A DNA stretch of 63,181 nucleotides, counting the filler, from Rhabdomonas costata (taxonomy: Eukaryota): the NCBI GenBank assembly GCA_019059605.1. It is 57 parts of 57 records of this genome, joined end to end, with 100 filler letters (N's around TTAATTAATTAA, not from the genome) between each part and the next. Parts side by side here need not be neighbours in the genome. Positions count along the whole stretch, not along the records: positions 49,966 to 50,975 come from JAHMHO010033761.1; positions 51,076 to 52,083 come from JAHMHO010033762.1; positions 52,184 to 53,193 come from JAHMHO010033763.1; positions 53,294 to 54,303 come from JAHMHO010033764.1; positions 54,404 to 55,413 come from JAHMHO010033765.1; positions 55,514 to 56,523 come from JAHMHO010033766.1; positions 56,624 to 57,632 come from JAHMHO010033767.1; positions 57,733 to 58,741 come from JAHMHO010033768.1; 49 more parts are not named here. The stretch is one strand, 5' to 3'. How positions within the stretch are numbered: the first letter of the stretch is position 1; every line of letters begins with the position of its first letter. Under the pieces are notes generated by a model. It had not been told where the DNA came from and ran no database searches. It worked only from the letters and a program-made list of their open reading frames with translations. Below, piece after piece: positions 49,866 through 63,181 of this stretch. The translations under genes and the position numbers were made by a program.

Positions 49866-52800
49866 NNNNNNNNNNNNNNNNNNNNNNNNNNNNNNNNNNN
49901 NNNNNNNNNTTAATTAATTAANNNNNNNNNNNNNNNNNNNNNNNNNNNNNNNNNNNNNNNNNNNNGTGTTGGGGGAAGAAGGGGAGGAAGAAATACAATC
50001 TTTTTGGAGAGCAAAAAAAAAAGAGAAAGGTTTGGAAATGACCGTTGACTCGATAAGTGCCGTGAGAACGCCCGAGCCTCTCTCGACTAATTGTTGCCTG
50101 TACTTTCGGAGCTGATCCATGTAAAATGGCGTTTTTGGGGGAAGAGCACTTCAAAAAAACCTTGGGTACCTTGGGTGCGCTGTGCCAATAACTGCACCAA
50201 ATGGGGTCTTCTTTCGACCTATTGAGCACAACTAACTTACGCCATTTCGGACACGACCACAACAAAGACAAAGCAAAAAGAAAGGGCCAAGCACCCCATT
50301 TTCACTCTTTCTTAGAGCATTCCTTTCCCCTTGATTTGCGCTGCCCCCACAAAAGAAGAGCGCAAGGCACAGGACCAGTCAGTCACGTTATTTGCTGTAA
50401 TGTGTGGCGAAAAAAATGTGCGGAAAAAACGGCAGGCAAGAAAAAGCACACGGGAAGGTGTGCACAGAAATGTGCATAGTCAAACCTCTCTGCACGGGGT
50501 ACGCTGGGCGATTGCACAGGACGAGAGAGAGAGAGGGGGGGGGAGGAAAAGCACAGGAAAGCTTCAGCGTTCCATGCAATTTCCGTCTTCCCCAACAAGC
50601 ATTTCCACACACACAAAAAAAAAGAATGGAGCACGGGAAAAGATGAATAGAAACGAAGAACGGCGGTGAACGAGACTCGCCTGAGAAGAATGCCAGGCAC
50701 AGCTGCACCCCTCCTTCCATCCCCCAAGAGCGAGGAATGAGACGCCAAGTGCAGTCACTCTCAGGCTCCCGGCGCGGGACACGACAGCAGTCTTTGAGCT
50801 CCTTTTGCACCGGTCAGTCCAAGCAGTACAGGGGCTTGTTGCCAAAGCTGGTGTCGTTCTGAAGGGCGTCGGCGTGGGCCTGGTAGATCAACGCCAGGTC
50901 GGGGCTGCTCTCCAGCTCACTAATGGTGCGCAGCTCGCGCCCTTGTGGTTAATTGTTTTATTCTGCATACACCAANNNNNNNNNNNNNNNNNNNNNNNNN
51001 NNNNNNNNNNNNNNNNNNNTTAATTAATTAANNNNNNNNNNNNNNNNNNNNNNNNNNNNNNNNNNNNNNNNNNNNGGGGTTTTTTTAGTATGAAGGGCTC
51101 CACGCGCTTTTTTTTTTAACCGTTTCCTGTCTTCTTGACACTTGCTCTCTAAGTATCGGCGGGTTTAGAAAGCAATGTGGGGGGGGGGGTCACCCGTTCC
51201 CAGTGGTATCCCCCGTTTAAAGTCAAAAGTAAAAGCTAGTAATTTCCTTTTCGATTGGCCTCTCTGCTGGGCCCCGTGGCTGGCTTAACACGTTCTGGAA
51301 AGACTCCCACGGGCATGTGCATCACATTATAACCCCCCGTAAGAGCGCGTAGTCGAATCTCAGTTCACGTGTATCACCACCTTAACCAGCCTTGAATTGT
51401 AACTCGACCGCTGAAGGTTTATTCAACGTTTTAAAAAAAACCCTCGAATAACCCTGGAGCAACTAATCCCCCTTCCTTCGTACTACTGGTTTCCGGGTAC
51501 CCACACACAAAGACTCACAAAGGTGGACTATCAGAGAGGTCGGGGGATCCGGACAGCACTCTAACGTTCTTTTTTCCAAAAAAAAATTTCAGTGCCCACA
51601 ATCATGTGCGAGGCTGGTGGTGGTGTTGGTAGTGGCGAAAAACAACAGCATCTCAGAGCTTTCACCCTTGCAGTGCCTTCCCCACTGCCCTTTTGGGTCA
51701 CATCTGCCTTGTCCAGGGGCTGAACGTCTCGACAACATCTTCGCCAACCCCCACTCGGCTACAACCAGTCTCGCCGTGGCTGTTTCCTGCGTCCAGTTCT
51801 CCTTCGACCCCGTGGGCTTGCCCCCCGTGGAGCGGGACGGCTCCCGGCCCCCGCTGTGTGCCTGGGCCCGTGTGACAGGCTCAGCCAGCAGGGAGCTGCG
51901 CACGGTGGAGCGTGCCCCGGTCTCGCTCAGCCCAAGTCTGGACGCGGTGTCCTGGTACCTGGCGTGGAGCTTCGTCGTGAGAGACCTCGAGGAGGCCTCC
52001 CTGACGGTGACAGTGGGTAGGCCGTCCCGCCGGCGGGTGTTTGGGCAGTCCCCACAAGCCCTGGCCAGTGCGGTACGCCTGCGNNNNNNNNNNNNNNNNN
52101 NNNNNNNNNNNNNNNNNNNNNNNNNNNTTAATTAATTAANNNNNNNNNNNNNNNNNNNNNNNNNNNNNNNNNNNNNNNNNNNNTGTGGTGGGTGTGTTTG
52201 TGTGGGGGGGGCGAGACAACGCAGCTGTCGGCAGTTGTGTGTGGAACACTCCTAGCGTGGTTCAGTCAAGGTGGCCAGGCACAGGGTGGTATGATTGTGG
52301 AAGCAACAGTGGCAACAGGTACAAAGAGATGGAGGCGGGGATGAAGGATACATGGTTTAGTAGTAGCAAACTCTGACAGGCTGCGTACCTTTTGGCCCAA
52401 CAGCATAACTAAGCGTAAGCCTAAACTCCATTACGGCTCCTTGTAATCTAATTTCATGATTTCCAAGCCCAACTTTCAGCCACCTCATTTTCCAAGAGCT
52501 CTTTCCCTGTGTGCTGCATTGTGCATTGGGAGAGGGAGTAAAAACGCGCGTCGTCCGCAGCAAAGCAAACCACAGAGGAGGCCAGGTCAGAGGGGGACTC
52601 GCACATGAAGGTCAACGAGGCCGGGGAAGACAGGCCCTCGACTGCCTCATCGACCTCCGCTTTGAACTTCAACAACACCTGCGGAAGGCGGGTGGAGGGA
52701 GCTCGCACTTAGGAATCCCATGCAAATGTGCGCGGAGTTTCGACGAAGGAAAAAACAAAGCACACTCCGCCTGGCCCAAGCTGACTCTGCAATCTTGATT

Positions 52801-53293
52801 GACTTAGGTTCAGGGGAACCGCAATACAACCATGCCTCGGGAGGCCGTAAGCAGACAGCGCGGTGCCTCAGCCTCAGCCTCAGCCAGAATGACGGCGGGG
52901 CTTTGCAGCGCACAGAAAGGCAACACACAGGGGTTGAAGCGAAGAGGTAAACTGCATCCGTGCAGTGCTCAGTGCTGCGATGCCTCCGAGCCGATTTGTG
53001 GAGGAAGAGCATACCGACTTGAAGAATACAGCGGGCGCGACTTTGAACATTCGGGTGAGCTGAGTGAAGAGATCCGTGCGCTCGGCCCGGATGCACTTCA
53101 GCCAGGTCTCTCTCCCGCAGCCTCGAGCGAGGGCTCGCAGCTCCTTCTCCTGGAAGTCTGCAGGAGGTAGGGCGAGCAACACAGCGGAACCGGNNNNNNN
53201 NNNNNNNNNNNNNNNNNNNNNNNNNNNNNNNNNNNNNTTAATTAATTAANNNNNNNNNNNNNNNNNNNNNNNNNNNNNNNNNNNNNNNNNNNN

Positions 53294-54303
53294 TTCCACG
53301 CTCAAGCGCAGACGCCGAAGTTTGCCTCCTGGGCTGACTGCAGCTGTTCGGTGGAAGACTGTGGGGGCGCCGCCCAAAAGCTCGTCCACAGACTGTGTGT
53401 CGGCCAAACGGCCTCGCATCAGCTTGGATGCGCCACAGCAGAGTGCGAGTCTTTCTCTTGTAAAAGAAAGAAAAGAGACAAAGGATAGCGTGGCTGTGCC
53501 TGCTGCGGATGTGAAAAGTGTTATCTCGGCAGAAAAATGTGTCGCATCCAGAACTCATGACAGTTGTGATGCTCCTCTGCTGCAGAAACAGGAGCTGGCA
53601 GTGGGGATTAATGGAAAGCCGACGCCCGCGGAACTTGGTGCCAGTACGCTGGCCTCCTTTGCATCCACTGTGTCTTCGTCTTCCTGCTCGTCTGCCATCT
53701 GTTCCCAGGACTTGGAGGGACTGAGGCGGCACCATCATAATATGCTGATTCGCATCTGCGACCGGGGACTTCCGTCGCGGCCCATTGCGACCCTCGTCCC
53801 CGGACTCTCCTCTGGCCCTCCCCCATGTGCTCCCCCGAGTCCGCTCCCAGTCCCGGCAGCTGCAGAGGAAAAGCAAAACAATTGCAGAACTGACGATCGC
53901 GCCCGCTCCCCCGATACCACCGCGGGTCAAGCCACATCCCCTCTGCCTTTGCCTTCCCCATCTCTCGGGGCCAGTCTCTCCAGTCCCATCGAGAGATCCC
54001 CTCAAAAAAAGGAGCAGCCATCCCATTCAGACACTCAACATCGACACGGTGTCGCCAACGAGGCAGCCTCATCACCAGCCGCCAAGCCATCACCTAAAAG
54101 AGCGTCCAAGGCCGAAGAGAGACCTTCAGCATCCCCTCAGCAAACTATGGCTGCACTTCCAGAGAGATCTTCAAAGAGAAAACCAGTGCAATCATCACCT
54201 TCTGATATTCGGCAAAGTGCCGCCGCAACCTCAGCAGCACCATCACCACCCTCCAAACCTTCGCCCATCAGGTCGTTCAGTGCTGACGGTAGGACAAAAC
54301 AAA
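53294..54303 (+). CDS. Long Ser/Pro/Ala-rich low-complexity exon, unknown protein
   Basis: Frame open for more than 320 codons, disordered composition, no recognisable domain. Confidence 0.5.
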
Positions 54304-57300
54304 NNNNNNNNNNNNNNNNNNNNNNNNNNNNNNNNNNNNNNNNNNNNTTAATTAATTAANNNNNNNNNNNNNNNNNNNNNNNNNNNNNNNNNNNNNNNNN
54401 NNNGTGGTGGTGGAAATTGCGACTAAAAAGTGGCGAAGATGCACACAGAAAGGGGAGGGGTTCAGGGCAAAAGGGTTGAAATTGGGAGAATAGGCTCTCC
54501 GACGTTTGCTCAAGACAACTGAAGCCAATGGATGGAGTAGCATCGCTTCACAACTAGATTGTAAAGGGGTGAAAGACGGAGGGAAATGGTGGAGGTGTCC
54601 TTTGCCGAAGTTCGACGAGAAACGTATTCGTACCACCGGAAAAGTATGGGATTACGTGAAAACACACCACCAAATTTTGCCCGGGGTTATTTTACTTGCT
54701 TTACAATTGATTCAACTATTTTTCATGGAAACGGTAAGTTTCCAATGGGACACAATTTTCGCTGCGTTGCCCGCTCGCAGTGAGCTTGACTGAAGGGATT
54801 GAGAAACCAATTCATCCCGAAGTCATGTAGTCCACCCCACAGATATCGATACCACACCCAGGATCGGACATATCACCATGCCTCATTGTACCATCAACAT
54901 GACAGTAGTAGGGTTCACGTTGAATTCTATCATAAACTGCAGCTGACAATGCTCAGCGGACCGGTTCCGGTATTGCGGAGTAGTGTAGTCATTCACATGG
55001 CATTCTGAAAATTCATCCAGTGGATTAATCAGTACCTTGGCATCTTACGTAAACATAACGTTCACACAAATTCTGGGATTAACACAAGAAGACACTCACA
55101 GACGTAATTCTTATTTTCATTCGTGCTCTTCCTTTACCTTTTCCAACACGAAAAGTGCAAAGGAACAGCACTGACTATTTAAACGTATACCACTCGGCAA
55201 TGTTATTTTTCTATAATGTTCCATACCGCTACTGCAACTGATAACAGAAGGAAGAGGTGGAAGAGACAGACAACACCCTTCGGTACTTTTTGCTTCGCTT
55301 TTTCTGTAGGCTCTTCCATTACAGGGGAAAAAGTAATGGAAGAGCGGTTCGTTTGCCATTCTGATATGTTGCTCTCACGCTTTGACAGTTTCACAAAGTG
55401 TGGTAGAGCGGCANNNNNNNNNNNNNNNNNNNNNNNNNNNNNNNNNNNNNNNNNNNNTTAATTAATTAANNNNNNNNNNNNNNNNNNNNNNNNNNNNNNN
55501 NNNNNNNNNNNNNGTGGGGGTTTCGTCCCGTGAAGCGTCCTTGCCCAGTTGAAGACAAACTGCGTGCTCCATAGATGGGAACAGAGATCCCTAGTTCAAA
55601 GGGACATGATGGGCAGTTCTGGTGCGCAGAGTGTGCAGCAGAGACAAGAGCTCGATTGTGCAAAGGGCAAAGTGGAAGCGCTCAAGCTCCCCGAGGGAAG
55701 AGAACTGGGGGGCAATAAAGTTTAAAGCGGTTGCCATTTTAACCTCCCCCTTGTGGCAGGGGAGTGTTCGCGGAAAAGAAAAGCCACGGGAGTGAGCCCA
55801 GCATATCGGAGAATGTGGTTTAGTGATGGGTTCCGGCTGATGGAAGGTGCCCCAGCTTGGACAGCTTCCTTGCTTGGTGGTACCCCAGCTCCTGCAGCGT
55901 GTTGACCGTTTTTCGGTATAGGTTGCGGTTCGGCAAACGATTTTGCTGCTGTTAAAACCCCTTACATGAAGGGACGACGGGTCAAAGGAGCAATTGTGGT
56001 GCAGATGAAATACAGCTCAAAGGCCGTGGGCAGCTCGCAAAGAAACGCCAACAAAGAAGAAGAGAGCGGGCAGGGGGGAGCCCCTTCCCCTTAGCCTCAA
56101 TCCAAAGCGGCTTTCGACACCGCACACAACGCCGCAAGCAAACCTCATCGCCCTCCACGAAGCCCTTGGGGTCGTCGGCGCCGTCCTTGCCCACCGAGGG
56201 GTACGGTCGCGGCGGAGCCGGGGAGGGCACCACGGCAAGCACAGGGTCGTCCTTCGAGCTCTTCCGCGGCCGAGGCGGCGGTCTTGGAGGCTACGAGAGC
56301 CCACCCCGTACTCAAGAGAAAGGAAGCCCCACCCCACGGCTATCCGCAAACATGTGCACTGCGACACCACGCGGCAGAAGGGATGGGGGCCACCGGAGGA
56401 CTGAGGCACACTCAGCTGCTAACTGAAAGCTCTGGACTGCAGCTTATGCTTCCTCTTAACTAATGACCGACACCCTCACACCTTCGGTTTACTACTGCAG
56501 CAGCGTCAGCTGCCACAAACACCNNNNNNNNNNNNNNNNNNNNNNNNNNNNNNNNNNNNNNNNNNNNTTAATTAATTAANNNNNNNNNNNNNNNNNNNNN
56601 NNNNNNNNNNNNNNNNNNNNNNNTGTGTTGGGGCACACACAAGAATTGTGCAATACTCCGAGGTCACTCCTTCCCCACCAAACCGCCTTGTTTGTTTTGG
56701 CTCTGAATCCCATCCTCTGCAATTCAAGAGAAGAAGAAGAAGATAGAAGAAAAGAGAGAAGAGAAAGGAAGAAATGAAAAGAGAAAAGAAAAGAAAAACT
56801 GTTGGGAGAAGTTTTCTTTACTGGACATTGTCGTGGTCTCAAGCAACCCAAGCCATCGGGTTACTGTAGTTTCAGTGAGACACTCAAGAGAAAACACCCA
56901 GCCACCTGTTTAGCATGAAAGGGCAAAAAGTTATTCCTCAATTGTCCAACTGCAGGAAAGGAAAGTACCCTTGGCCTTGTGCTTCCGCGCCTATATTGCT
57001 GCCACAATTGTTCAGTGCTGTGTCCATCCTGTGTGCATCCAACTCTCTCTGCTATGTGCCGCCGCTTCAATTGACACACCGTTTGTGCGGGCCGTGGATT
57101 TCAAGTAATGTTGGTTGCAGTGACTTTTGGGGGGGCTGCATGTCTACCCAAAAGCCAGGCCAGACGGACCACGGAAGAAGAATGAGCCCGCGGTTTTGGT
57201 GTTTTGGTGTGCTGTTGTTGCGGCTTTTGCTGACGAATAGCGCTGTTGCTCCCTGCTCCTTGCTCCTGCCCGTCGCAGGCATACCGAAAGACGTCGCCTG

Positions 57301-57732
57301 GAAGTCCTGAAGGCCATCCGGGAAACGGAGGCCATGCTTAACGAAGTGGCATTTCGCAGGTCATTTTGTGGGGTTGAATTGAAAGAGTATGCAATGTCAG
57401 CAAAGTCTTGGTGAACTTGGTGAACTATGTCACAGCTTGATTTCAAATCCAAAGCGTATGGATACAACAACATTTTTTTGCTCATTCCGATCGTATCTCC
57501 TGCCAGCTCGGCCTTCTGGTTTCGCGTTATACACCTTGTACTGCCTCAAGTATTTTTTTCTTTCATAGGAAAAGGATTCTTCAGGGTGCTCTGGAGGATG
57601 AGCTGCTCCCTGTGGCATGTTTCACAACCCCCNNNNNNNNNNNNNNNNNNNNNNNNNNNNNNNNNNNNNNNNNNNNTTAATTAATTAANNNNNNNNNNNN
57701 NNNNNNNNNNNNNNNNNNNNNNNNNNNNNNNN

Positions 57733-58020
57733 CTTGCTTTTCCGACCCAACCAAGTGACCATCGTCCATGTAAAACCCTTCCCAACGAACCAACAGTTGA
57801 ATTTCTTCCACGATGTCGTGGACGCCGAGCGAAAACAGGTCAGGGCCGAGAGGATCACCTTGCTGGACCCCTTGTGTTGACCACAGCACGCCATCGGGAG
57901 AGAACAGCCTTCCATAGCACCACGTCGCCCACCTGGAAAGATCAGGAGCCCTGCGCGAGCCACCTGGGCAAGCATGTGGTCTCGATGGAGCGAGTTAAAG
58001 GCATTGCGAAAGTCTAGTTG
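57733..58020 (-). mobile_element. Decayed non-LTR retrotransposon reverse transcriptase fragment, CRE-like
   Basis: LDFRNAFNSLHR, frameshift near 57950, then WATWCYG...GVQQGDPLGPDLFSL...FYMDDG (RT motifs 3-5). Confidence 0.85.
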
Positions 58021-59100
58021 TGTCCACTTTCGAGACCGCTTTACGAGTTTCCCCACCATCGTTTTTATTCCATATTCCGTTGGCTTTGAATAACTCCAAG
58101 TAATTTAAAAGCCTGTGGAGCGACGAAAACAAGAAGGAAGGAAAAGGTGACTTTATTGTTTTCACCAACCGGTTATGCTGCGCAGCTCGATTATCCCTCA
58201 AATAATAATAATCACAAAAATTAAAGCGTACGAATGCTTAAAATTACAAAAAAAATCTTAAAAGAAGAAATGATGCCTGACATCTACAATCGAAAAAATG
58301 CCAAACGTCTCTCTAATTTTCCTTTCGGATAACTATATATTAATTTGGAATGCAATCATGAAATTCAAAATGCAGCAAAAAGAAGATTTTGTTTCAGGAA
58401 AGTCTTTCTCTATCTGCGCTCTCCCTCCACTGTCCCTCCCATACACAGCCTTTTGCTCCGTATGTTGAGCACTCCCTCGCCAACTATGCTGACACCGCCG
58501 GTCCCAGCCGCATCTGGGTGACTTTCTCCGCCCTCAGCCTGGAAAACGGGATTTGTGAGCGGGCAAACAGTGGCGTTGGCATCGCCTTCCTTGGTCAAAG
58601 AAGTCAAAGAAGAAAACAAGTGCGTGCTGGAGCCTCGCTCATGATCGACTGTATCGGCAAGCGCTTTGAGCACCTCCTGGTGTCCAACACCCCCGACCGC
58701 CGCCGCCAACTCGCAGAACTGTACGGCGTCACCTTAGTGGTNNNNNNNNNNNNNNNNNNNNNNNNNNNNNNNNNNNNNNNNNNNNTTAATTAATTAANNN
58801 NNNNNNNNNNNNNNNNNNNNNNNNNNNNNNNNNNNNNNNNNGTGTTTTGTTGTTGCGAGTGCTGGGAGGCGTGGGTGGGTGGGTGAGAGTGGGGAGAGAA
58901 TGTTGGGAATGGCCAAATAAAGGTTAAATCGCTTTTGCCTGTGGTTTGATATGGGAACAGCTACGGTCCCATTCCGTCATGCTGTTCCTCTTCCACGACA
59001 AGCTGAATGTTTTTTGGTTGGTGCGAAATCCTCCGTGTGTGTGTGGGGGGGGTATAACTGCCCTGGGGAGGCTTGATGTGCCTCTTTGCTGCGCTGGCAG

Positions 59101-59830
59101 GGTTGGCGGAGGGGAGATCTCCGCTCTCCTCGGGGGCCGTGCCGGCGCTGCAGTTCAGCTCGGACTTCGAGAGTGGCAACCTGAAGAGGGCCATCCGAGT
59201 GTACGACGACGAATACGACCTGGTGCTGAACTCCGACATCAACTCCGGCACCCACCACACGCAGTGGTTCTATTTCTGGTCTGTGTTTGTGATAGACGTT
59301 GGACGACGGAAGTGCCTGTTTGTGTGTGCGCGCGTGGTCGCCAAGTTTGGGTCGTGATGAGTACTCCGGGGAAGGTATCAAGAAAGGTGTCAGTGTTGCC
59401 AGCTATTGCTTGAGTAGCACATATAGTTGCAACAGTCAGAACAGAGGAGATTACAGTACACCCTGTGAACAGGCTGGTGGCGAAGGAAACCCAATCCGTC
59501 ACACGAACTGAAGGTTTTTTTTGCTTGACTGAATGTTATCTTTGTGAACATGCACAAGAAAAGCGAGAGAAACGAGTTAAATATACCAGAAGTCGACCGT
59601 TGGCAATGAAGCAGATGTTATTCCCTGGGTTGAAGTGGTCAAGTTGGTTGATGACTGCTTAGTTGATGGCTGCTTTCCTTTCAAGTCTGCCTGGGTGCAT
59701 GCCCAGGGATCTTGCCGGCGAATTTCTCGTGGCTTGCTCTCAGCATTGAGAACACCACGCCCGGAGTCGTGTTCCGCTTCAACATCATCAACATGGAGAA
59801 GTCTACCTCGCTCTTCAATGAGGGCCAAAT
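59101..59830 (+). CDS. Cytosolic carboxypeptidase (Nna1/AGBL tubulin deglutamylase family), exons 59101-59278 and 59744-~59830
   Basis: [10 protein letters not shown]...EYDLVLNSD...HTQWFYF spliced (phase 2) to [28 protein letters not shown]. Confidence 0.9.
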
Positions 59831-62800
59831 GTATTGAACACCCCACCCAACNNNNNNNNNNNNNNNNNNNNNNNNNNNNNNNNNNNNNNNNNNNNTTAAT
59901 TAATTAANNNNNNNNNNNNNNNNNNNNNNNNNNNNNNNNNNNNNNNNNNNNTGTGGGGGGGGGGTGTTGCGGTACATTCTTGTTGAATATGTCTAACTCT
60001 GATTTTTGTTTTTGCAGACTACCATGGAATGAACTTGTACACTTCCCAGAAGCAAGACTTCCGCTCCACTCCCACAAAACTTCGCTTGCTCGGGGGTCTA
60101 GAGGAGTCGGACATGTACATCGTGGAGCGGGCCAAGGCGATCGAGCGAGCTCGGGCCGCCGCGTCGGCGGTTTCCCACTGAGGCAGACGAAAAGGGAAAT
60201 GCCTTTGTGGGGTTGCTTTGATTTGTGCGCGCACCTCACCAGCTTGTGGAATTCTGTGCTATATTCTCAGGGTTTTCGGAGCCCCTTGTACACAAAGGGC
60301 CTGGTCAGATTGCTTTCGGAAGTAATATATATATTGTCTCCTTGACTTGGCTCGCCCTCTGCAGTTTTAATTGCGGTTAGGATTCCGGACAAATAAGAGG
60401 GATTACGCACACCAGGCGAGAAGCCACGGAGCCACGGGCTTTTCGCCTGGTTTATGGCTTTGACGAGCGTGCATAAACTGGCTTGGCCAATGTAACACAC
60501 ATATTTGGGCACTGTGGAGAATTTCCTTTGCTTCTGAAAAGGTCATTTCCTCGACTTTCGCTGGTTACTGTTCTGTTGAGCCAACACGGAGACACTTGAG
60601 GGCTAATTGGTTGAATCACCGGACTTTAACAGTGGCTCACACTAGCCGCTCGAAGACGGTATTGAAGCATGAAGCTCGGCACCACGGCAATGTTCCTTGC
60701 CCCTTGCTGTTAGAATCTGACGCGGAATCTTGGTACCGAGCTGAAAAGATTCGGAAGTCCAATACCGGGCAGATTCCTTATAGATTACGCCCTTGGAAAA
60801 AGCATGGTTTCTGGTGCCATAATTTTTTTTCATGATTTCCAAAAATAAATATCATGAACGCTGTCCCAAAGTAATGCCCTTGTGTGCCCGGGAATTCTGC
60901 CAGCTATCCCTCAAAGTTCCCTCAAAATCACCTGGATAATCCCCTTTGTATACACCCCCCCNNNNNNNNNNNNNNNNNNNNNNNNNNNNNNNNNNNNNNN
61001 NNNNNTTAATTAATTAANNNNNNNNNNNNNNNNNNNNNNNNNNNNNNNNNNNNNNNNNNNNCAGCCCGCCACCAGCCATTCTCGGGGCGCCTTCAGGCCC
61101 CCAAGCTCCGGAGCTCGACGACGCGAAGAGCAAGAACAACGAAACCATCAGCCAGCACCCATCCACGACGCCATCCACATCCATGGGGGGTCATGGTGCT
61201 CGTGCTCGTGCTCGTGCCGGTGCTGGTCGTCGTGCTCCTCCGGGGCGTCAAGCCCCATGTGCTCGCGCCTGTTCTGACTGGATCTGCTCTACTCGCCCTC
61301 CCCCGTGCTGCACGACAGGGTTGTTGCGGTGAGGGGTGGGTCCATGAGCATCACCATCACCACCATGAACGGCACCCGGAAGAAACACAACGAAAACGCA
61401 AAGAAGAAGAACACACGCACACGCACACGTAAGGAATCCAGCCGCCATTACCCACACCATGCAGAAGCTCACCACGCGCCCAACGACACCAACGCACACC
61501 GTAACACAAACCAGTACCCAACACGTTGTCAATCCCACACCCAACACTGCAAGAAGCACCAAAGCACCCACCACTGCATCCACCACCACCAGCTACACCA
61601 CAAAGATCACGCACAATTCACACCCAGCAACCCACAGCAACACAGAAGCACCCGATCCATCGCAAACTAACCCGCACCACAAACGCATGCACCGAAGGCC
61701 ACCAACCATGCAACACCCGACACCAAATACACATGCACACCCAACAAACACCCGCTTGTACCGTACCCACTCCACCAGCCAATCCCGTAGCAACCCCTGC
61801 ACACAACCCAACCGCAACACACACGATGACACCTGCACACACGATGACCCCTGCAACCATCCCACCCAACGAACTATCCCAGCACAACAAGGCAACGGAG
61901 GAACCGAACCCAAGCAAACCACACACACCTAGCAACACGCAACCCATGCAAGCCCACACCAACATCACCTCCTCACGCACACTCACCTTCGAAGTTCCCA
62001 ACACAGCGATGACACCCCAAGCACAACCGATACAGCTACACACCTCGACCTAAGCGGAAGCACACAACAAANNNNNNNNNNNNNNNNNNNNNNNNNNNNN
62101 NNNNNNNNNNNNNNNTTAATTAATTAANNNNNNNNNNNNNNNNNNNNNNNNNNNNNNNNNNNNNNNNNNNNTTGTTGGTTGTGCAGGGAGGTGACAGTGT
62201 GCTGGTGTGCATGGTGCAAGGGAGTCAGGAGAATGCAGAAATGTGCCAGCAGTCAACTGAGTTGATTTTCGCGCTTCATTCTTCAGCAGGTTTTGACAGA
62301 AGAAACTGGAAAAACAGTTGCGGACGCTGGCTTGACAAACTGGACACAGTGTTTTGCGTTGGCACAGCTCTCCAGTGCAAGCTTGCAAAATTCCTGGCTG
62401 ATTCTCGCAATCAACAGGGCCACAACCAAACCAAGCCACAAGGAACTCTTGTCTAGTGAAGAAACACGTGAAGGCAGCTATATCATGGCGGTCGGGGGGA
62501 TTGGGCGGAGAAGGGAGTGGTCGCACCGAAGAATGGGTGGGAGCTTGAGAACAGTCTCCGCAGGGAGCTGGGCCGGCGCAGCGCCCGCACCGGGCTCGTG
62601 CTCGTCCACAGGGCAGCCAACATCTTTCCGCAACAAACGGGGTAGTGTCAAACGTCAAACGTCCCGAAGGGGGGGGGGAGCGGTCTCGAGTGGAGCCGAA
62701 GGATGAATGCCTCCGCCACGGATATATATCTGACCTCTCCTTCACTCCCTCGCCTGCGCGGCGGATCGAATACACACAGAATCGCCGCTTGTGAACGGCA

Positions 62801-63181
62801 AGAGGGCTTTCTGGTGGCTGCGACAAGAGCCTCTCTAGAGCAGGTGGAGAAAGGAAGGAATCAAAAAGCTCCGTGAGCTGCAATGAAGGTTCCCAGAACT
62901 GAACGGAAGGTAGCGTTTCAATCAGTTAAAGAAATGACAGAAGCTTCCCAAAGTCGCACGAGCACAAACTGGCAGCAGGCTTTTCAGGGCCTCAACTGGT
63001 TAATTATTTGAATTCGGCTTGGTGTCACCGCATACGCATACGATTTGCGCACCCAAAACCGACCTGACCTACAGCTGGGTGTGCGCCAAAAGGTTCCCTA
63101 GCAGGGATTTCGTCTTTGGTCGGGTAAAAATCACAAGACTCTTCAGAACTTTAAGAAAGCAATCCACATAAAACAACAACA

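Overview
This is not a contiguous locus. It is 57 unrelated contigs of about 1.01 kb joined by 56 artificial 100-nt spacers (N44-TTAATTAATTAA-N44, stops in all six frames), so no synteny can be read across spacers. G/T-only 5' ends, A/C-only 3' ends and several end fold-backs point to a whole-genome-amplified, probably single-cell, library. Most contigs come from an intron-rich protist-like eukaryote: isolated GT-AG exons of a MAPKKK-type kinase, SEC13, UPF1, FolD, a class III cyclase, a cytosolic carboxypeptidase, and LIM, RWD, F-box/WD40, F-box/LRR, SDR, Sushi and PstS-like domains, plus a decayed non-LTR RT. Foreign contigs include Corynebacterium-like tkt-tal, a fungal-type mitochondrial uS2 gene, a Bacteroidota-type integrase fragment preceded by a candidate structured RNA, and an intronless H+-ATPase. 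The most interesting piece is an AT-rich, giant-virus-like contig (13329-14339) with a perfect hairpin joining two convergent stop codons. No CRISPR array, rRNA or tRNA was recognised. All family calls come from motif recognition by eye, not database searches.
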